DNA from: Gemmatimonadota bacterium
Lineage (GTDB): Bacteria > Gemmatimonadota > Gemmatimonadetes > Gemmatimonadales > GWC2-71-9
NCBI GenBank assembly: GCA_036679605.1
Contig: JAZDCZ010000160.1
Span: forward strand, 1 to 34,204
Length of the DNA stretch: 34,204 nucleotides
Reading direction: 5' to 3'
The notes beneath the pieces are model-generated. The model did not search any database, was not told the origin of the DNA, and was given only the letters and a program-made list of their open reading frames with translations. Each line of letters begins with the position of its first letter. Positions within the stretch are counted from its first letter, which is position 1. The translations under genes and the position numbers were made by a program. Below, in pieces: positions 31,808 through 34,204 of the stretch.

Positions 31808-33194
31808 AACCGGCGTTGAACCTATGCGCAAGCGCTACCACCTGGCGGTCGTCGACGACGACGAGTCGTTGAATCGTTCTCTGGTAATTCATCTAGAAGA
31901 GCGTGGCGATCGCGTAAGCTCGTTCACCAGCGGCACCGCAGCCCTGGACAATATCGTGACTGACCCGCCGGACCTGGTGCTATTGGACGTCCGCCTCAAG
32001 GATATGAACGGCATCGACGTGCTGCGGGCGCTACGGGAACGCTATCCTGAAACCTCGGTCGTCATCGTGACGGCTTTCCACGAAAGCGCGGTAACGGTGG
32101 AAGCGACCCGCCTGGGCGCGTCCGACTACATCGCCAAGCCCCTGCACCTGGATCAGGTCGATAAAATCATCGACAGAGCGCTGGCACGCAGGACGGAGAT
32201 GCTACGCTCGCACCCGTCTGGCGAGGTCGTCTCGGACAAAGCCGTGCGAGGGACGCTCGTTGGCAAGAGTGCCGCCATGCTCGAGGTATTCAAGACCATG
32301 GGGGAAGTAACAGCCTCCGATGCCACTGTTCTACTGCTCGGCGAAAGCGGCACGGGAAAGGAGCTTGTCGCGCGCGCAATTCACGCCCACAGCGGACGGA
32401 CGGGTCCTTTTCTCTCGGTCAACTGCGCCATGCTGACAGAAGAGTTCCTGGGCAGTGAGTTGTTTGGCCACGAGAGGGGCGCTTTCACCGGCGCCACGGA
32501 CCAACGCAGAGGCACCTTCGAGCTGGCTAACGGCGGCACGCTGCTTCTTGATGAAGTCTCCGAGATGGACCCGTCGATTCAGGCTAAGCTCCTGCGGGTA
32601 CTCCAGGAGCGGACGTTTGAGCGGCTAGGGGGAAGTACGGTCGTGCACACAGACGTACGTGTGATAGCGGCGACGAATCGCGACCTTCAGGATCTCATGC
32701 GACGGGGCCTTTTCCGCGAAGATGTGTACTTCCGTTTGGCGGTCCTGCCAATCCGCATCCCTCCTCTGCGCGAGCGTCGTGAGGACATACCGCCGATCGT
32801 AGAGCACTTCTTGCGTCTGAAAAGCCGCGGACTTGCCGGCGAACCGGTCCGCGTGAGCGCCGAAGCAATGAAGCGCCTCGTAGCGCATGAATGGCGAGGA
32901 AACGTACGTGAGTTGGAAAATGCGGTAACAAGCGCGGGCGTTCGCGCCCGTGGAGGTGTCATTCTAGCCGACGACATCGACCTGCCCCCTGACGACAAGG
33001 CATTACAGCCGGTGCCCGAGCTACGTAGCCTGGAAGAGGTTGAGCACGATCACATCGCCGCAGTGCTACGCCAGACAACCGGGCACAAGGCTCGTGCCGC
33101 CCAGATTCTCGGTGTAAGCCGTCCCACCCTCGACAGCAAGCTCAAGCGCTATGGCATAACGGTCAATCGAGCCGTTGTCGACAAACCACTGTAG
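31794..33194 (+). CDS. Sigma54-dependent response regulator (NtrC/AtoC/ZraR family; REC, AAA+, Fis HTH)
   Basis: VVDDD..LLDVRL receiver; GESGTGKE Walker A; ELFGHERGAFTGA; LLLDEV Walker B; WRGNVRELEN; AAQILGVSRPTL HTH. Start may be ATG 31824. Confidence 0.95.
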   Translation: MSPSETGVEPMRKRYHLAVVDDDESLNRSLVIHLEERGDRVSSFTSGTAALDNIVTDPPDLVLLDVRLKDMNGIDVLRALRERYPETSVVIVTAFHESAVTVEATRLGASDYIAKPLHLDQVDKIIDRALARRTEMLRSHPSGEVVSDKAVRGTLVGKSAAMLEVFKTMGEVTASDATVLLLGESGTGKELVARAIHAHSGRTGPFLSVNCAMLTEEFLGSELFGHERGAFTGATDQRRGTFELANGGTLLLDEVSEMDPSIQAKLLRVLQERTFERLGGSTVVHTDVRVIAATNRDLQDLMRRGLFREDVYFRLAVLPIRIPPLRERREDIPPIVEHFLRLKSRGLAGEPVRVSAEAMKRLVAHEWRGNVRELENAVTSAGVRARGGVILADDIDLPPDDKALQPVPELRSLEEVEHDHIAAVLRQTTGHKARAAQILGVSRPTLDSKLKRYGITVNRAVVDKPL

Positions 33195-33379
33195 CTCGAA
33201 CCATCGACCCCCCTCCGGTCAATGGTGACGCGCCCCCGCGGTCAGCGGGCTGAGCATCGCGCGGTTGGACATACTTCCCTACCCGTCCTACCTAACCGAT
33301 GGGTGGCCACGGCAGGGCGACCTCGCGCGTCAGTCCCTGCAGAAATGAATCTTCGTAGCCACGATTTAGAGCCAGGATC

Positions 33380-34204
33380 ATGTTCGAATTCAGCGAAACC
33401 GAACAAGCACTGACAACGGTGCTAAGACAATTCTGCGACAGAGAGGTCGAGCCCCTGGTCCCGGGGCTCGAGTCAGGGACAGTCTCGCCCTTCGACGTCA
33501 TGCGCAAACTGTCCGATGCCTTCCAACTCGAGGAAATGATCGCGCCTGGACTGAGGAACAAGGCCGCCGACCACCCTTCGAGTGGACAAGCAGGCGGGCA
33601 AATGGAGGAAGGCGGGCTATCGGCAAACCCCGGGCTCGCCGCCGTGTTCGCCAAAGAGATTGCCCGCGTCAGCCCCGGTCTCTGTCTGTGCCTAACCGCG
33701 AGCATGGGCTGCGGTTCGACGATCGCTGCCAAGGGCGACGCCGATCTCGTCGAACGTCTGGCCATCCCAGTGCTTGCCCTCAGAAAGGTCGGTTGCTGGG
33801 CGCTGACCGAGCCGGGCTCAGGATCGGATGCGTTCGCCATGCGCACTACCGCCCGCATCGAAGGCGATGAAGTGATTGTAAGCGGCAGTAAAACCTTTAT
33901 TTCGAACGCACCTGCCGCCGATGTGTTCCTTATATACACGCGCATCGACGATACGGCCGGCGACAAACAGGCCGGTGTCGGAGCGCGCAGCACTGCCGGC
34001 TCGGGGCGCGAGAAACAAAGGATTTTTCCGATCGTCATCGAGCGCGGCGCGCGCGGGTTATCCACAGGGCCGCCTATCGAAAAAATGGGTATGCATGCCT
34101 CACCGACCGGCGATATCTTCCTCGACGAGGTACACGTTCCCCGCAATCATTTGCTTGGCGACCCCGAACGCCCCGCGCGAGCTGCAGCCGAAGAAACCTT
34201 GGCT
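33380..34204 (+). CDS. Acyl-CoA dehydrogenase, 3' truncated by the window edge
   Basis: Manually translated from ATG 33380: MFEFSETEQAL..., GCWALTEPGSGSDA, SGSKTFISNAPAAD, EKMGMHASPTGDIFLDEVHVP; open to the window end. Confidence 0.92.
   Translation, partial: MFEFSETEQALTTVLRQFCDREVEPLVPGLESGTVSPFDVMRKLSDAFQLEEMIAPGLRNKAADHPSSGQAGGQMEEGGLSANPGLAAVFAKEIARVSPGLCLCLTASMGCGSTIAAKGDADLVERLAIPVLALRKVGCWALTEPGSGSDAFAMRTTARIEGDEVIVSGSKTFISNAPAADVFLIYTRIDDTAGDKQAGVGARSTAGSGREKQRIFPIVIERGARGLSTGPPIEKMGMHASPTGDIFLDEVHVPRNHLLGDPERPARAAAEETLA

Noticed and set aside
33292..34146. 284-aa minus-strand ORF
   Set aside because: Antisense shadow of the plus-strand acyl-CoA dehydrogenase starting at 33380.
1..34204. 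Mobile-element origin of the island
   Set aside because: No integrase, transposase, tRNA or flanking repeats seen, and no obvious compositional break within the window.

Overview
High-GC bacterial window dominated by respiratory genes. At the left edge is a Tat-exported, Nitrospira/anammox-type nitrite oxidoreductase alpha-subunit homologue (nxrA-like, minus strand, 3302 to <1, truncated, absent from the ORF track). It has a sigma70-like promoter and an adjacent Fe-S Rrf2 regulator. Upstream lies a tightly coupled ~24 kb, 15-gene minus-strand operon (29528 to 5207) behind a near-consensus sigma54 promoter, divergent from a histidine kinase / NtrC-type activator pair. The operon opens with an outer-membrane beta-barrel, a two-repeat lipoprotein and a 925-aa alpha/alpha-toroid-like cytochrome c. 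Then come two paralogous five-gene modules (CydA-like bd-type subunit, diheme cytochrome c, membrane monoheme cytochrome c, diheme cytochrome c/EbdC-like protein, cupredoxin-like protein), and it ends with a USP/PCP_red/split-barrel fusion and an AhbD-like radical SAM/SPASM enzyme with PCP_red repeats. The operon has 11 CxxCH motifs and no cydB. An acyl-CoA dehydrogenase begins at the right edge. Most notable are the non-consensus residues next to the NxrA Mo ligand, the uncharacterised three-gene envelope front end, the altered heme-ligand positions in the EbdC-like domains and a putative tetrapyrrole-tailoring pair. No rRNA, tRNA, CRISPR or mobile element was seen. Family assignments are from motif recognition by eye and from memory of reference proteins, not from database searches.
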